Shown in pieces: positions 1 through 12,500 of a stretch of 64,000 nucleotides of DNA. Numbering within the stretch: position 1 is the first letter of the stretch; each line of letters starts with the position of its first letter. The notes beneath the pieces were generated by a model. The model searched no databases. It was not told the DNA's origin and saw only the letters and a program-made list of their open reading frames with translations. This DNA comes from Vicugna vicugna (lineage: Eukaryota): NCBI GenBank assembly GCA_013265495.1, contig MU062133.1, forward strand, positions 5,037,819 to 5,101,818, given 5' to 3'. The position numbers and the translations under genes were made by a program.

Positions 1-284
1 CATGTATCTCTAGATCTGAGTCATGTCTCTGTGTATTTGGTGCCTTTTTAAAATAATGAGGGTCTTTCCTGAAGTGAGTAAGATATACCTGGTACCAAGA
101 GTAGTTCATTTTGGGTATTTCATGCTGTGTATGAAGAGACCGAGGCTTAGAGGGGTGAAAGGCAGTTGTGATTTCCTGGTCCTCAGAGCAAGTGTTTAGC
201 AAATATCTACGTTCATGTGCTTATTACCCACTTAGCCTTGAGCATCATATAAAAGAGCTGTATTTTTAAATATATGTACCAAAC

Positions 285-290
285 TTTAAT
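285..290 (-). terminator. Candidate distal poly(A) signal ATTAAA
   Basis: Plus-strand tttaat. Downstream on the minus strand is U-rich (cagctcttttatatgatg). Confidence 0.55.
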
Positions 291-2359
291 TTTCATTTCA
301 CACTCAAAACTTCTGTACAAAAAGAGGCAAAGCAGGCAAAAAAATGACAGTGACTTCAGCAAACTACATCTGACAACTTTAAAACAGCTTCGTGTATGCA
401 ACAGCCTTCATAGATGTAGTGGGGAAACTGGGTTCCAAAGTCTTTGTTTCTTTAAGATGAAATTCCAAGCTTCATTATTAACATCTAGAAAAATCTGTAG
501 CAGTCTAGGATACAAGATTGAATGAGCAGTCTCCGACTTCTACAGCACAATTAGATCCCAAGATTGAGCAGGTTTCATTTGCCTTTTGAGGAAGCATGAA
601 ATTACTGTTACTTAAATGTGATGATGTATTAAAAAAACCTCAGTTATCATTGACATCTTGATACAATGTTGATGACTAGTAGCAAACATTGATGAAGCAT
701 GATCTGAACTGATAGTTAAAGGACAGTATCTGGTGACTTTCCTTCTGGTTTTTAATTAATACTCCAGCCCCAATGGGTCACCGTAATTCAAAACATTCAT
801 TGCCACTTTTTTCAACTAATTCTTAGTGGCACATAAAAGGTTTCTGAGAACAAAGTTATAATGTCAAACTAGCAGTGCATCTGAGAAATAGAATTTTCAC
901 CTTGTCGCTTGCCCCCAAATAAATATGAGTAATGGAAAACACTTTAATTTGAAAACTATGAGACATCAAATATGAAATATAGTTAACATTACATGGATAC
1001 CGTGGCTAGCGCTCTCCCCTAAACCACCCGCGGGCCTTGGACATGTGCACGCAGCACAAAGAAATGTCATTGTCCAAGGACGTCCGTTGCCTGGAGGACA
1101 GTCTGTTAAAAGGGTTTGTCTCCCACAGCAGCTCTGGAGTGGACCCAAGGCCCATCACCTGCTAGTGATCACAGACACTCAGTTAACCTGTCCTCCTGTT
1201 CATGAGAGGCAACAGCTCAGGCCCTGGGCTTTTGAGAATCCAGGTACTGATGAATCCTGGCTTTGAAACAAGGTAGCCTGACTGAATTGGGGCAGGCCGG
1301 CAGCCCCTCCCATATGTTTGGTCCTATTGATAGAAAGCCTAATTGAAAGTTATAAATGTGTTCAACTGTTCACTCTGCAAGTCCTCTCCTCTCTCCAAGA
1401 CTTAATCTCCTTCCTGATAAAGGAGGAAAGAAGCCCCAGTGATGACGAATGGTGAATGCCTCTCTATTTCTTGTCTTGACAGTTGCTGCCCAAAGATAAC
1501 ATGTGGCTGCCAAACAGAACAACGTTTCTTGAGCTGAATATTTAATGAATTTGTTTACCCAGGGTTATCCCTCTCTCTGGCTTCCTCTAGGGTTTTAGAA
1601 TCCCTGGGTTTGAAAAGGTCTTGAAAGCCATCTAGCACATTTCTGTTCTGATGAGAGAGCCCTCATCCAAGCAGCTGTCCTTGTTCAGCTTGAAAAGCCC
1701 CAAGGAAAAGGGCCTTTCCTCTTCTTGTTGACTGACATTTAGATACAGACCAGGGAATCTGTTCTGCCACTTGACTGGATTTCTTTGCTAAAAATAAACC
1801 AAAGTATGTCTCCTTTTTTCTTGGAGGATCCTAGGGAATGCCAGCTGGCCACTAAAGTCCAGAAAGCAAAGGTGTGACAGCTTATTCTCTGGGACCTTGT
1901 GAATGATGCCAAACCCTGATGGACGCAGATCCAACTTCTGTAATTATCATTCCCCTGGGCAACTCCTTCTATCAGAAGTAGGCAAGTGATTAGATAGGCC
2001 AGGCTGAGGGTTTATTTGAAAGTGTCCAGTACCATCCCATAGTATGTATGCATAGGCCACGTGGTGAAAGAAAAAGGGCGGAGTCAGGAATGAGGCATCC
2101 TGGGTTCTAGTCCTACATGTGGGTGATCCTGTTTGACTTCATCCTCTGTCTCACTTCTCCACTGGAGATCAGAATAGAAGATCTCCAAGATGCCATTCTG
2201 AGCTCTGCTCTGCAGACAGAATGGCCCTTGTCGCATTGTTAACCATCAGGACAAGCTGGGGTGATGCTTACTGGATTCTGCTTACTAAGGAAGGATGTGA
2301 GAGTCAGTCTGTTTACTGGCTCACAGCCTTGTAGGGCTATTGGAGATTATCTGTTTTAT

Positions 2360-2475
2360 TTGCCCATTTTATAGGGGAGGCAAGTGAGACACAGAGAGCA
2401 TAAGTGAATTTCCCAAGATCACTCTGTGAATCAGTAGGGCCAGGACTAAACCCGGGCAGTCAGACCAGAGATTAT
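2360..2475 (-). mobile_element. MIR SINE fragment
   Basis: cccattttataggggaggcaagtgagacacagagag.ataagtgaatttcccaagatcac core. Confidence 0.65.
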
Positions 2476-3330
2476 ACATTGAGACAAGCTGGCAGTTGGG
2501 TCGTGGAAGGGCTGCCTTTTAAGTATCAGGTAACCAGAAAACAAAACTATCTCCTGTAAATTCCCCCAGTTTTCTGGTAACTAAATAAGTGCCTAGACCT
2601 CTGCTGACACACGAATGGTCCGCAGAGGACAGGGCTCCTGTTAGGAGCGGCTGTGTGCCCAGCGCTCCACAGACACCGGGAATGTTAGCAAACTCACCCG
2701 CAATCTGAGCCAGTGCTCCGTCTCCCTGACCCTGCAGACAGAGGCGTGAAGCAGAGAGATGATGTCCTGCTGCCTCGGTGCCCCTCCTCCCCACCTGTCC
2801 CCCACTTCCAAGACAAGCCCCGTCGCCAGCCCAGCCACAGCAGCACATCATCTAGTCTCGCTTCCTTCCCACGCGCTGATTCAAACACAGCTGGTTTTCC
2901 TCTTGAGAAGCTGAAAGGGAGCGCTAGAGGGCAGAAATCGAAGCAGAAAGAGAAGATGCTGATAAGTAAACTTATGTGCAAACGGAAAAGTTGCACGTGT
3001 GCTGTGCGGCCTGAGGAAAGAGAGGGGGCCGTGCTGAATTCCAGACTCGTGGGTTGGGGTCTCCATGTGCATTTTTCTTTCCTTGGATCCCTCTCTCTCC
3101 CTGTCAGGATAACAGCTGCGTTTCCTGTAGCTGAGCTGACACAGGAAATCAAAGATTTTGTCTTTCTATAGCTATACCTCCCAGTGAGGTTACACATCTA
3201 GAATTAAAACCCGACCGCAAACTATTAGGAATTTCTGATTGTTACAGGTGTAAAGAAATCCAGTAGCAAAGATCAGCGTCTCCAAATTTTGCCTTCGGAG
3301 AAGGGGACTTTGTTGTCGACATCAAAGGTA

Positions 3331-3501
3331 NNNNNNNNNNNNNNNNNNNNNNNNNNNNNNNNNNNNNNNNNNNNNNNNNNNNNNNNNNNNNNNNNNNNNN
3401 NNNNNNNNNNNNNNNNNNNNNNNNNNNNNNNNNNNNNNNNNNNNNNNNNNNNNNNNNNNNNNNNNNNNNNNNNNNNNNNNNNNNNNNNNNNNNNNNNNNN
3501 N
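3331..3501. other. Assembly gap, 171 N
   Basis: N run starting 18 nt after the stop codon, in the 3'UTR. Confidence 0.99.
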
Positions 3502-3519
3502 NCTTCTCTGAGCAAAGCT

Positions 3520-3583
3520 TTACTGCAGCATTGCTCGAATCTGTTTGGAAGTCGATTCATCATTCAAGTGTTTTGTAGTGAAC
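3520..3583 (-). CDS. CYRIA: CYRIA last coding exon ([21 protein letters not shown])
   Basis: tctccatccag|G TTC ACT ... CTG CAG TAA; stop at 3520-3522. Confidence 0.97.
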
Positions 3584-6500
3584 CTGGATGGAGAGAAAAT
3601 GATGGGGGTCAGTGTGCAAACCACGCTCTGTGAAAGCTTCGACGATAATGACTCACCAGCCTATCTTTACGTTGGGAGACACAACTGATATTTAGAAACC
3701 AAACTCGGCCTTGGTCTTTTAGATGAAGAGCGACACTTCACTGCCCAGAGTGCGCCCAGAGCACTCTCAGGTTTAATATCTGATCCTTCCTTCCAAAGGA
3801 ATTTTATATTGTGGTTATTAGACAAGTAGATCTTCTATATAATCAAATAATCATGCAGAGAGATACAAGCAATCTCACTGTCCCGGGGAGTAGACTGCAT
3901 GGGCTTCAATGCAGGATCTAGGTTGGCTACCCCTGCGGGGTGTTAAAATATGGATTTGCATATAACACATTACCCAACACTTAAAAAATTCATGGTTTTC
4001 TACTTTGATGGGGATGCTCGTCCTCACTGCCACCACAAGGGGGCGCAAAGGCAGGTCCACATGAGGAAAAAGCAGTGTAATTCGTATCCTCACATGAACT
4101 GGTGTAAAATCGTTTGTGAAAAGGAAGGAAAGGAGAATTAGCTTGTCGTAAAATCTTGACCTTGTCCTAGGCACTCCGTGGAAGTTTTTATTTCACTCAC
4201 ACTAACTTTTTACAGAACAGGTTACTGCCTCCATTTTACGGATGAGAAAACTGAGATTCAGAGACATTCAATGACCCATTCCAGATGACAAATATGACGG
4301 TGCATGATTTGTAAACAATTTGTGATTTCTGATTTGGATTCAGGTCTGGCTCTACTCCTTCATCACTAGGCCTCCCGAGAGACACAAAAGGCCAAGACTC
4401 AGACAGAACTCATAGCCCATCACAGTGCCCTGCGTTCAAAGCCTTGCTTGACTGAATGAAGCTAGAAAGTTTAAAAAAAAAAAATCAGACGCCAAAGTCT
4501 TCTTACTGAGCATGGAAAGCCAGCCTTCCGTGAAATGGGCTCCAAGGGAGAAAACCTTGGTTCACCCGCAGAATCTGGAAGGCTCTCGGATGAAAACCAC
4601 ATCTGTTCTGAAGAGTGAGGACTTAGCACCTCCACAAACAGGATCAACCTCAGAGCTTAGTTTATTCATTTCATGGGTGCCTCAGTTTCTTTTTTCACTG
4701 AATGGGAAAATAGATCTCAGCGCTCTGGCTTGTGATAACTAAACGGGATGGCATGACGGGAAATGAAATACACACACGTGGGGGGTTAGTGCTCCGTTCC
4801 ACTCACACTTACTGAACATTTACTAAATGCACAATGCGGAGCAGAACGGAGGGAAATCGAAGATGAGTAGGACAGCAGGGACCATAAACTTTCCAGACTG
4901 TGATCCAGATTGGCACGAGTCAACAAGCTCCTGTAGATGGGTCACAGCTGAAAAATAAGACCCCCGCCCCCGAGGTGGATTAGGCACGTGTCCTGGGGAA
5001 GAGAGCAGGTGCTGGGGCATCACTCATTGGCAGCGAGGGGCTGTAAGGGGCACTGGCCAAACACAGGGACATCCAGGCGGTGGAGAGCAGGGTTCTCGGT
5101 TCTGGCAGCTGCGCATACGAATCGCCCTGGGACCTTCAGAACAAACACGCAAGAACGAAATGGATGCCTGAGTCCCTACCTCAGAGATTCGAATTCATTT
5201 GCTCTGGATTGGCCCTGAGTATCAGTGCTTTCAAAAGCCGCCCACATAATTCTCACGTACAGCTGGTCTGGGGGCCATGGGCGCAGGGGGAAGTGAGACC
5301 CAGGGAGCTTCTGCTTCTGACAGGTCCTCTCTAACCACAGAGCAGCGTGGCCGGGAGGTAGGCCCTCGACCTGCAGGGCCGCCCCGGCCTGGGTTTAGGT
5401 CCTAGCTCAGCCATCTGCTGGGAGGCTTTTGGCAAGTTAGTTAACTTCTCTAAATTTTGGTTTCTTCCATCTGTAAAAAGGGGATGATAAAAACGGTGCT
5501 GACCTCAATAGGGTGCTGGGAAGATTAAATGTGTTAACAGATGTAAGGGGTTAAGCCTGGTGTTCTGGCCCTCGGATCCCAACAGCATCTGAATTTGCAG
5601 TGGATCTGAAGGGTTGGCTGCCCCGCAGGGCTGAGGCTCACCTGAGGGCATTCAGTAGCCCCTCCACACTGTCCGGGGCCTGTTCCTTCAAAACCTTGAT
5701 GCAGCCTTTCATCTAGGAGGAAAAAGCACAACATTTCGTTAATATCCTAGTAATTCTGTCCATCATGATATCTGTCCATAATAATATCACATTATTTCTG
5801 CCCATGGAAATCAAACACAGACATGACCCACAGACCTTCCTACTTCCTCGGGCCAGTGAGTTGCTTCTCTGGGCTTCTAGAAGGTTCTGTGTCAGTTTTC
5901 ATATTATACTGCCATTGAACATTGTATGTGTCTGGCATTTGGGGACAAAGACTTGGGGCTTTGATCTTCTTGTCTGGGACTCCAGAGCCAAGGGCAGAGC
6001 TCTTCCTCCAGCCTGTGCTCAGTTGAGAATCACTGGATGAATTACAAACCTGCTCATTTTAAGCCATCCCTCTGCCCAGAATGCTCTTCCTCCTTCAGCT
6101 GTTTGACTGGCAGACCCTTAACAATTTTCTTAGCACTCAGCTGAAGATCACCAACCCCAGGAAGCCTCTTCTGACCTCATTACCTTAACCAGGTAGAAGT
6201 AACCAGCACCTCTTTGTATTCCCAGTAGCATGCTGGCATTTCTCAGAGAACCTTAAGGATTTTGTTCCCGGACGAAGTTGCCTCCCTCATTAGACCAGCA
6301 GAGGGCCGGTAAAGGACAGTGGTTAGGAATGCGAACCACGTAGACACAGGAAGCCTGGGTTTCACCCATCCTTCCTTGTTTAGTATCTTCATGAACCTAG
6401 GCAAATTTTCTTAGTTTTCTGTGCCCTTGTGATATAATTTATTCGTAATTTGGGAAATTCGTGAAAACTAAATTTATACAGATCACATTATATTACGCAC

Positions 6501-9500
6501 ATTCTGGAATTATTATTATTTTTATTTTTGCAAAGGAAAAATCTTTCTGAGAAGAATACACTCGCTCACTTGAAGCTCAGATGTTCATGTACTGATTCAA
6601 AATACTGTACTAAGGGTCTCTTTTGTAATGGTCATTTATAAAGATTTTCTCTGGGTATACTTCTGGTATGTGGACATTTTTTTCCTAAAGTCCCGAAAAG
6701 CCCTTTAGATTGATGGAAGCGGCCAGAAGCATGGGGCTGAGAATCATCTGGGGGCAGGTCTAGGCTCATCAAAAAAGAATGTCGTAGTCAATCAGAGACG
6801 CCTGCCATGGGTGCAGGACGGGATCAAGCTCAGGATGAGGAGACCTGGTCCCTCTCCCAGAAGAGCTCATGGTCTAGTGGGAGAAGAGAGGTACATGGTT
6901 CATTAGGAGGTGGGGTCTGGAATTCTGGGTGAGGTTTGGGCTGGGGACGGGGGTTAAGGAGTAATTCTGCAGTGGACCATCTGATACAATTTTAAGGAAA
7001 TCAGTTGCAAACGCCATGTCACTCCAGCCTGCTTTCCTGGCACCCCTGACTAGCATCGGTTCTCTAAATGACACGGATCCCTCAGGGCTTCCACGACTTT
7101 GCTCTGATGATACCTGCCCCCACCCCACCAACCCCCACCTGCCTGCAGTACTCTTCCTCATCTCTGCCCATGCAGTAGAATCCTACCCCTTCTTCAAGGT
7201 CCACCTCGAACATCACCCTCTGTCCCTGCCTCTATACAGAGCTTCTCCCTCAGCCCGGTTTCCGGAGCTCCCGCGCCTCCATCGTGCACTCCTGAACACG
7301 TTCTCTGTAAGAGCAGGTGACGGTACCTGTTTCAGGGCCTCACAGATAAATATTTGTTTTTTTTCCATAGCTGATACCCTAAGGATTTATAAACCAAGTG
7401 CCTGTGACTCCTGGCTTAGAAGCAGACTGGTTCCTGGAAGAAGCCCCTTTATGTCCTCAAAGAAAATGGTCCATCAGACCACTGCCTGGTAGACCCGAAA
7501 CCTTCTTAGATACGTGCAAACTTTGAGATGAACAAACCTCTCTTAGTGAGACCTGTGTGAACAGACTTCATCAAGACTGCGTACGGTTAGATCTAATATG
7601 ATATAATGCTTAGGGCCTCAGCAGAAAGACTGCAAATGACAAGCAAGGACTGGCTTTTTAAAGGTTTGGGCTAAGACGTACTTGTACGCAGTATATTTTT
7701 AATTACTGACTCTATGACAAGCTAACGAATGGCTGCGGTAAATGAGAATGTCCTGTGGAATGCCAGGTAATAAATTAGGTCTACATTCAGATGATATTCA
7801 TGGGTTATTAATAAAGCTATTTATTCCCAATCTATAGCATAAAAATGTTTAAGCCTCACAAAGAATACAGTAAAAATATTGATTGGTGGGAAAAAACTTC
7901 CATAATAGACCATTATGCAAATTAAATACATTTTAAAATTGCAATTAGAACAGGGTGCTAATTTGTTAAGTGCATACACACACTGGCACAAACATCTGTG
8001 TAACAAGAAGGGATGTCTAGATGCTGACATAATGACAGTGGTCATCTGTCCATGGTGAGGTCACCACGGATACACTTAATTTTCTGTATTTTGATTTCCT
8101 GTATTTTCTCCAAAACTTTATACTAAATATTTATTTTCTTGGCAAATAGAAGTAATTACATTAAAAATAATGATGCCTCTATGAAGAACTTTGATGAGCC
8201 AGGGAACCAGGACCTCAAAATGAGTAATCCAAGTTGCATTATTCATTGATACATTTTCTTGCTTTCATCAGACTCATGGCTCCGCTGAGCACATGGGCCT
8301 TCTGTCTGCACAGAACTAGAGCATCGGAGATGCGGCTCTGTGCGGATAAATGAGCATACAGTGTGTCATCCGAACTTAGCCGTGTCAGAGCAGGTTAGCA
8401 CCGAGACATCCTATTCCGTACTAAATCAATGGCATACACTCCTGGGTGCTGTGGCAGGCCAACGCTGGGACGAGACGAGGACTGCTTTATCCCGCCATCA
8501 ACAGGAAGTCACCAGCACACCAGAATCATTTGTTTTCCAGTCATATTCATTCATTCAGCAACAGCTGTGGGGAGCATCTACTGAGCCCCATGCTCTACAT
8601 GCTAAGGACACTGCCAGGCAAAGGAGCAGACATTGGGGTATAGATCCTGGTCTCTGCCCTTGTCAACAAACTCAGAGTCTGTGAGGGAGTCAGAAAATCC
8701 AAAATGGTAGGTGACTGTGGCCAGAGCAGAAGGAAGACTCTGACCCATGCAAGGCACAGGGGATGTGCTCTGAGAAGAGGTAACATTGGGGAGTGTCTTA
8801 AAGGAATCCACCCAGCAGAGAAGAGGCAGGGTACTCCTGGCAGGGGAAAGGGCTCAAGCCCCAGGACAAGAAAAGGCATTTGAATCGGGTGGAGCAACCT
8901 GCAGGGGCGATGGGAGAGGAAGTTGGAACGCTGTTCTATTTGATGCTTTTCACATCGAGACACATACAACATATAAAACCGTAGATTTCAGCAGCACTCT
9001 GGGTAAGTTGCACGGGCAGCGGCTGACTGTTCCCCTGCTCGGCTCCTCTACCTTCCTGCTGTGCTTGTGAGGTGGGACGTTTTGTTAGAAGCACATGAAA
9101 AAGCCTGGACTTGCTACGAGGAGAGCTGCCATGATGGGGCTTGTGTCTCAGAGAGCTCACTCAGAGGGTGATGGGGGGAGAGAGAGAGAGAGAGAGAGGA
9201 GCAAGGTTTATGTGGCGACATTCATGAGCTCTTGCTGGGAAAGCACATTTCACAGCTATTCTTACATCGATCTTGGAGGTCTTGCAGAAAGCTCCCACGG
9301 GGTGGACGTGGTCGTACAGGATGATGACCCCCACCATCACCCGCATGCAGAACATCAGCGTCTCTTCGCTGGTGAACCTGCTCCTGTACTCCCTGCAAGA
9401 GAGGAGAGACGGCACCGGCCGGCGTCACTTCCGTGGCGCAGCACACTCCTCTCTGACTCCACAACTGGCTACTTGAGACTCCTCCGATCCTCTCCTGAGA

Positions 9501-12500
9501 ACCATCCCAGGCCCGCAACAACCAGGTGAATATGCTCTTAAATTCCCCCTGAATCTGTCCCAACCAGTGTGAAAGCAGGGAAAATGAGAGGGCGGTAAAT
9601 TCTCTTCTCTTCTGTCCTTCAGCGAGCCAGCTCATCCTGAACGGGACTCCCCCGCCCATCAATCTTGAATATTTTATAGCAGGTCTCTCTGGCTGTCTTA
9701 GATTCTAGAGAGTAATGGCTTCATTATGGAGAAAAAGAATCCAGCTCATTTCTATAGAGCAGCTCCTGGGTCTCCAGCCAGGGTAACTTTCTTTGTTAAG
9801 ATCCAGGCTGCAGATGGAATTAGTGGGCAAAGGTACCTAAAATTCATTGGGCTGCGGGTATCTGCGGGGTCTAACTTTTGTTCACTTACCTTGACAGGGT
9901 TGCCAATGATTCTGATAATTCAGGCCAGTTCTAGGGGCTTTCTTAACCTCTACTTCATTGTGAATTGGCCCCACAATGATGATTACTATTTCTGTTTCGG
10001 AGTAAATCTTAACTTTGATATAAGGGAAATAGTTGAAATTAACACCATCTCATCTTATATTTGAACTGAGGCACTTTATGAGGCATTTTATGAGGCACTT
10101 TTGATGCCTCTGGCCTTCCCAAACATGCTGCATCACAGATGGCGTGATGGGAACTTCATCAGAGGAGGAAACCGAGGCCCAGGCAGGTCAGACCATGTGT
10201 CTATGGGCACAGAACAGGCTGCAGACATCCGTGGAACAAGTGGAACCCTGACTTTCGTGTGCAGATTTCTCCCTGTACTGACTCACTATACTAATTCATC
10301 CTCAACAACCTCAACCATTTTTTAAATCTAGCAACTAATTTATGTACAAAGAAATCGCTGCACCCAAAAGAGAGAAGAGAGAGGGAGATCTTCATTGTTA
10401 TTCTTGCAACAGTCTTACCACTGCTGCTCTTGGTTCTAAATCTTCTCTCAAATCTTTGCTCCAATATATCTATAATAATACCCAGTCACTCATCCCCAAC
10501 CTCCACTTGATTCTTATTTACAACTGCTGCATCTTTGATCTGAGTTTTGACTCTGCCATCTAACAAGCTATTCAATATGCATGACTGGGACACTGTCCTG
10601 TACACCAGAAACTGACACATTGTAACTGACTGTACTTCAATTTGAAAAAAAAACACATTAACAAGCTATGCAATCTTCAGAAAGAAGTCGGTTCACTGAT
10701 CTGGGCCTCATCTTCTTCAGCTCTGACATGGGGATAACTACACGGCTCACGCAGAGTTCTTTATGAAATGAATTCAGTCAATAGAGAAGAAAATGTTCAT
10801 GTGTGGACTCAAGTGCTAGCCTCGTCATCACCATCATCCCAGAGACAGGGGAGCTCCCCATTGTGAATGCCCGTCTGATTTCACTTACGGAGTTTCCAGC
10901 ATGACTTTGCAAACGCTCGTCATGGTACTGAGGCAGTCCGTGGTGTTCTCTATTGGCAGGGTTTTGTTCTAAACAGGAGACACAGACAGGTGTTAGGCCT
11001 GTGAGCAGCTTTCACACGCAGTTAGGAAAAAGGCCCCCCATTGTTCAGCTTAACTTACTTCGGAGACAAAGTGCATGGTGGCGTTGCTGAGGGTTTTCAG
11101 CATCGGTGTGGCTTCTGCATAGAAGAGGGACATTCGATTGGCCATCTCATTATTAACTTCATTCTCAATGTCTAGCTGATGAAAAGAAGACAAGAAGATA
11201 AAGAGATGGTCAAGATCCCAAAATGGTGTCCTCTGGAAACTGAATTCATCAAGGAGTCTGTCTCCTCCCTGTGCCCCTTCTGATGCAGGAATCAAGAGAC
11301 ACAGAGGATGGGCGTGAGGACCAAGGAGGTCCGGGGACTCACATGCATGTTGTTGATACGATTGCGACTTATGGTCCTTCTGTAGTAGCTGAAGTCATTC
11401 TGAATAGCCGGATTCCTCATCTGAAATTCAGAAGGGAGGAAAGTAGGTCATCTCTCAGCATCAGACGGGGGAGACGCATCCGGAACCCAGACACTAGATT
11501 TTGCACATACACCAGGACTCCTCTTTGTTACACAAGAGTTAAAGCAACTTCTGGTTAAAAACAAATACCCAGAGCTTCATTATTTAAAAACATGCCCTGT
11601 TTTTACCCTTGGCTAGATTTCCGGGCGGGTGCACTTGTTCCCAAAGAGGAACAGATGCTTGAAATGTTTTCTCTTGTTGTGTCTGGCAGATTTTGAATTT
11701 CCACGTACAAAGCACCACTTTGACCACAAGGAGTGCAAATCCTCACAACATCAGACATCTCCTTCAGGAAGGAGCCACATCTCACTCATCTCTCCCGCCC
11801 TCACCCCACGGCACCGCAGAGCATGTGCACACAGAGGAGGCACTCCGTCCGCATCTGTTAAAACTGTCAAAGCACACGTGACCTCACCTTCAGCTCATCG
11901 AACCGTAGGGTAAAATGCAGAATTTCTGCAAACTCCTTGGCCAGGGCCTGCTCCCGCTCCAGGTGCTGGGTTGGCGTGTAGGGTGGGCAGGTCAGAGATT
12001 CCAATAAACTCTGAAGGGCTTTTTCTGCAAGTCAAAGGGATAAATGCATATTTGAGGTGGCTCACAGAGATCCTTCAAAAAAAACACCATTTGCGGCCTC
12101 TGTGGACATTCTGAGAGATAACCTGCTAGAGTCCTTCCTCTCCCACATCTCCCCAGCACCGGGTGCCAGTTGATGTGTGCGGATGAGGAGGAAAGGGAAC
12201 CCCCCCCCGCCACCACGCCCAAGCAGGCTGAAGACTCCCGTGGCCACACAGTTTTGTAAACATCTCCTAAAGCTCAGCTGGAGCCTTGCACATCCTGTAG
12301 TCCCAATTCCTAACACGGTCAGGAAACCACAAATCGGTGTTTTGGGATCACATGGAGAGCCAGTCATGATCCGGGATGAGATGAGGCGGCCCTGAACGCA
12401 CGGGTTAAATGACTCGCTTTGCAGGAAGAGCCTTCCCGTCCCGTCCAGCTCGGCTCTGTCCCTACACCCTCACAGAAGCCCAGGAGTACTTTTCTACAAA

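Larger units (their letters stand above)
265..3519 (-). other. CYRIA: CYRIA 3'UTR (~3.25 kb; distal end approximate)
   Basis: Follows the TAA. It has an AU-rich distal part, few obvious repeats, and an ATTAAA near the distal end followed by U-rich sequence. Confidence 0.65.

Noticed and set aside
2694-3197. Overlapping 167-aa (minus) and 152-aa (plus) ORFs
   Set aside because: They lie inside the CYRIA 3'UTR, have no recognisable domain and low-complexity composition, and are typical chance ORFs.
9095-9662. 144-aa and 146-aa ORFs over coding exon 8
   Set aside because: Antisense or alternative-frame shadows of the real CYRIA exon.
10069-10101. 12-bp tandem repeat aggcactttatg x~2.7
   Set aside because: Trivial slippage duplication.
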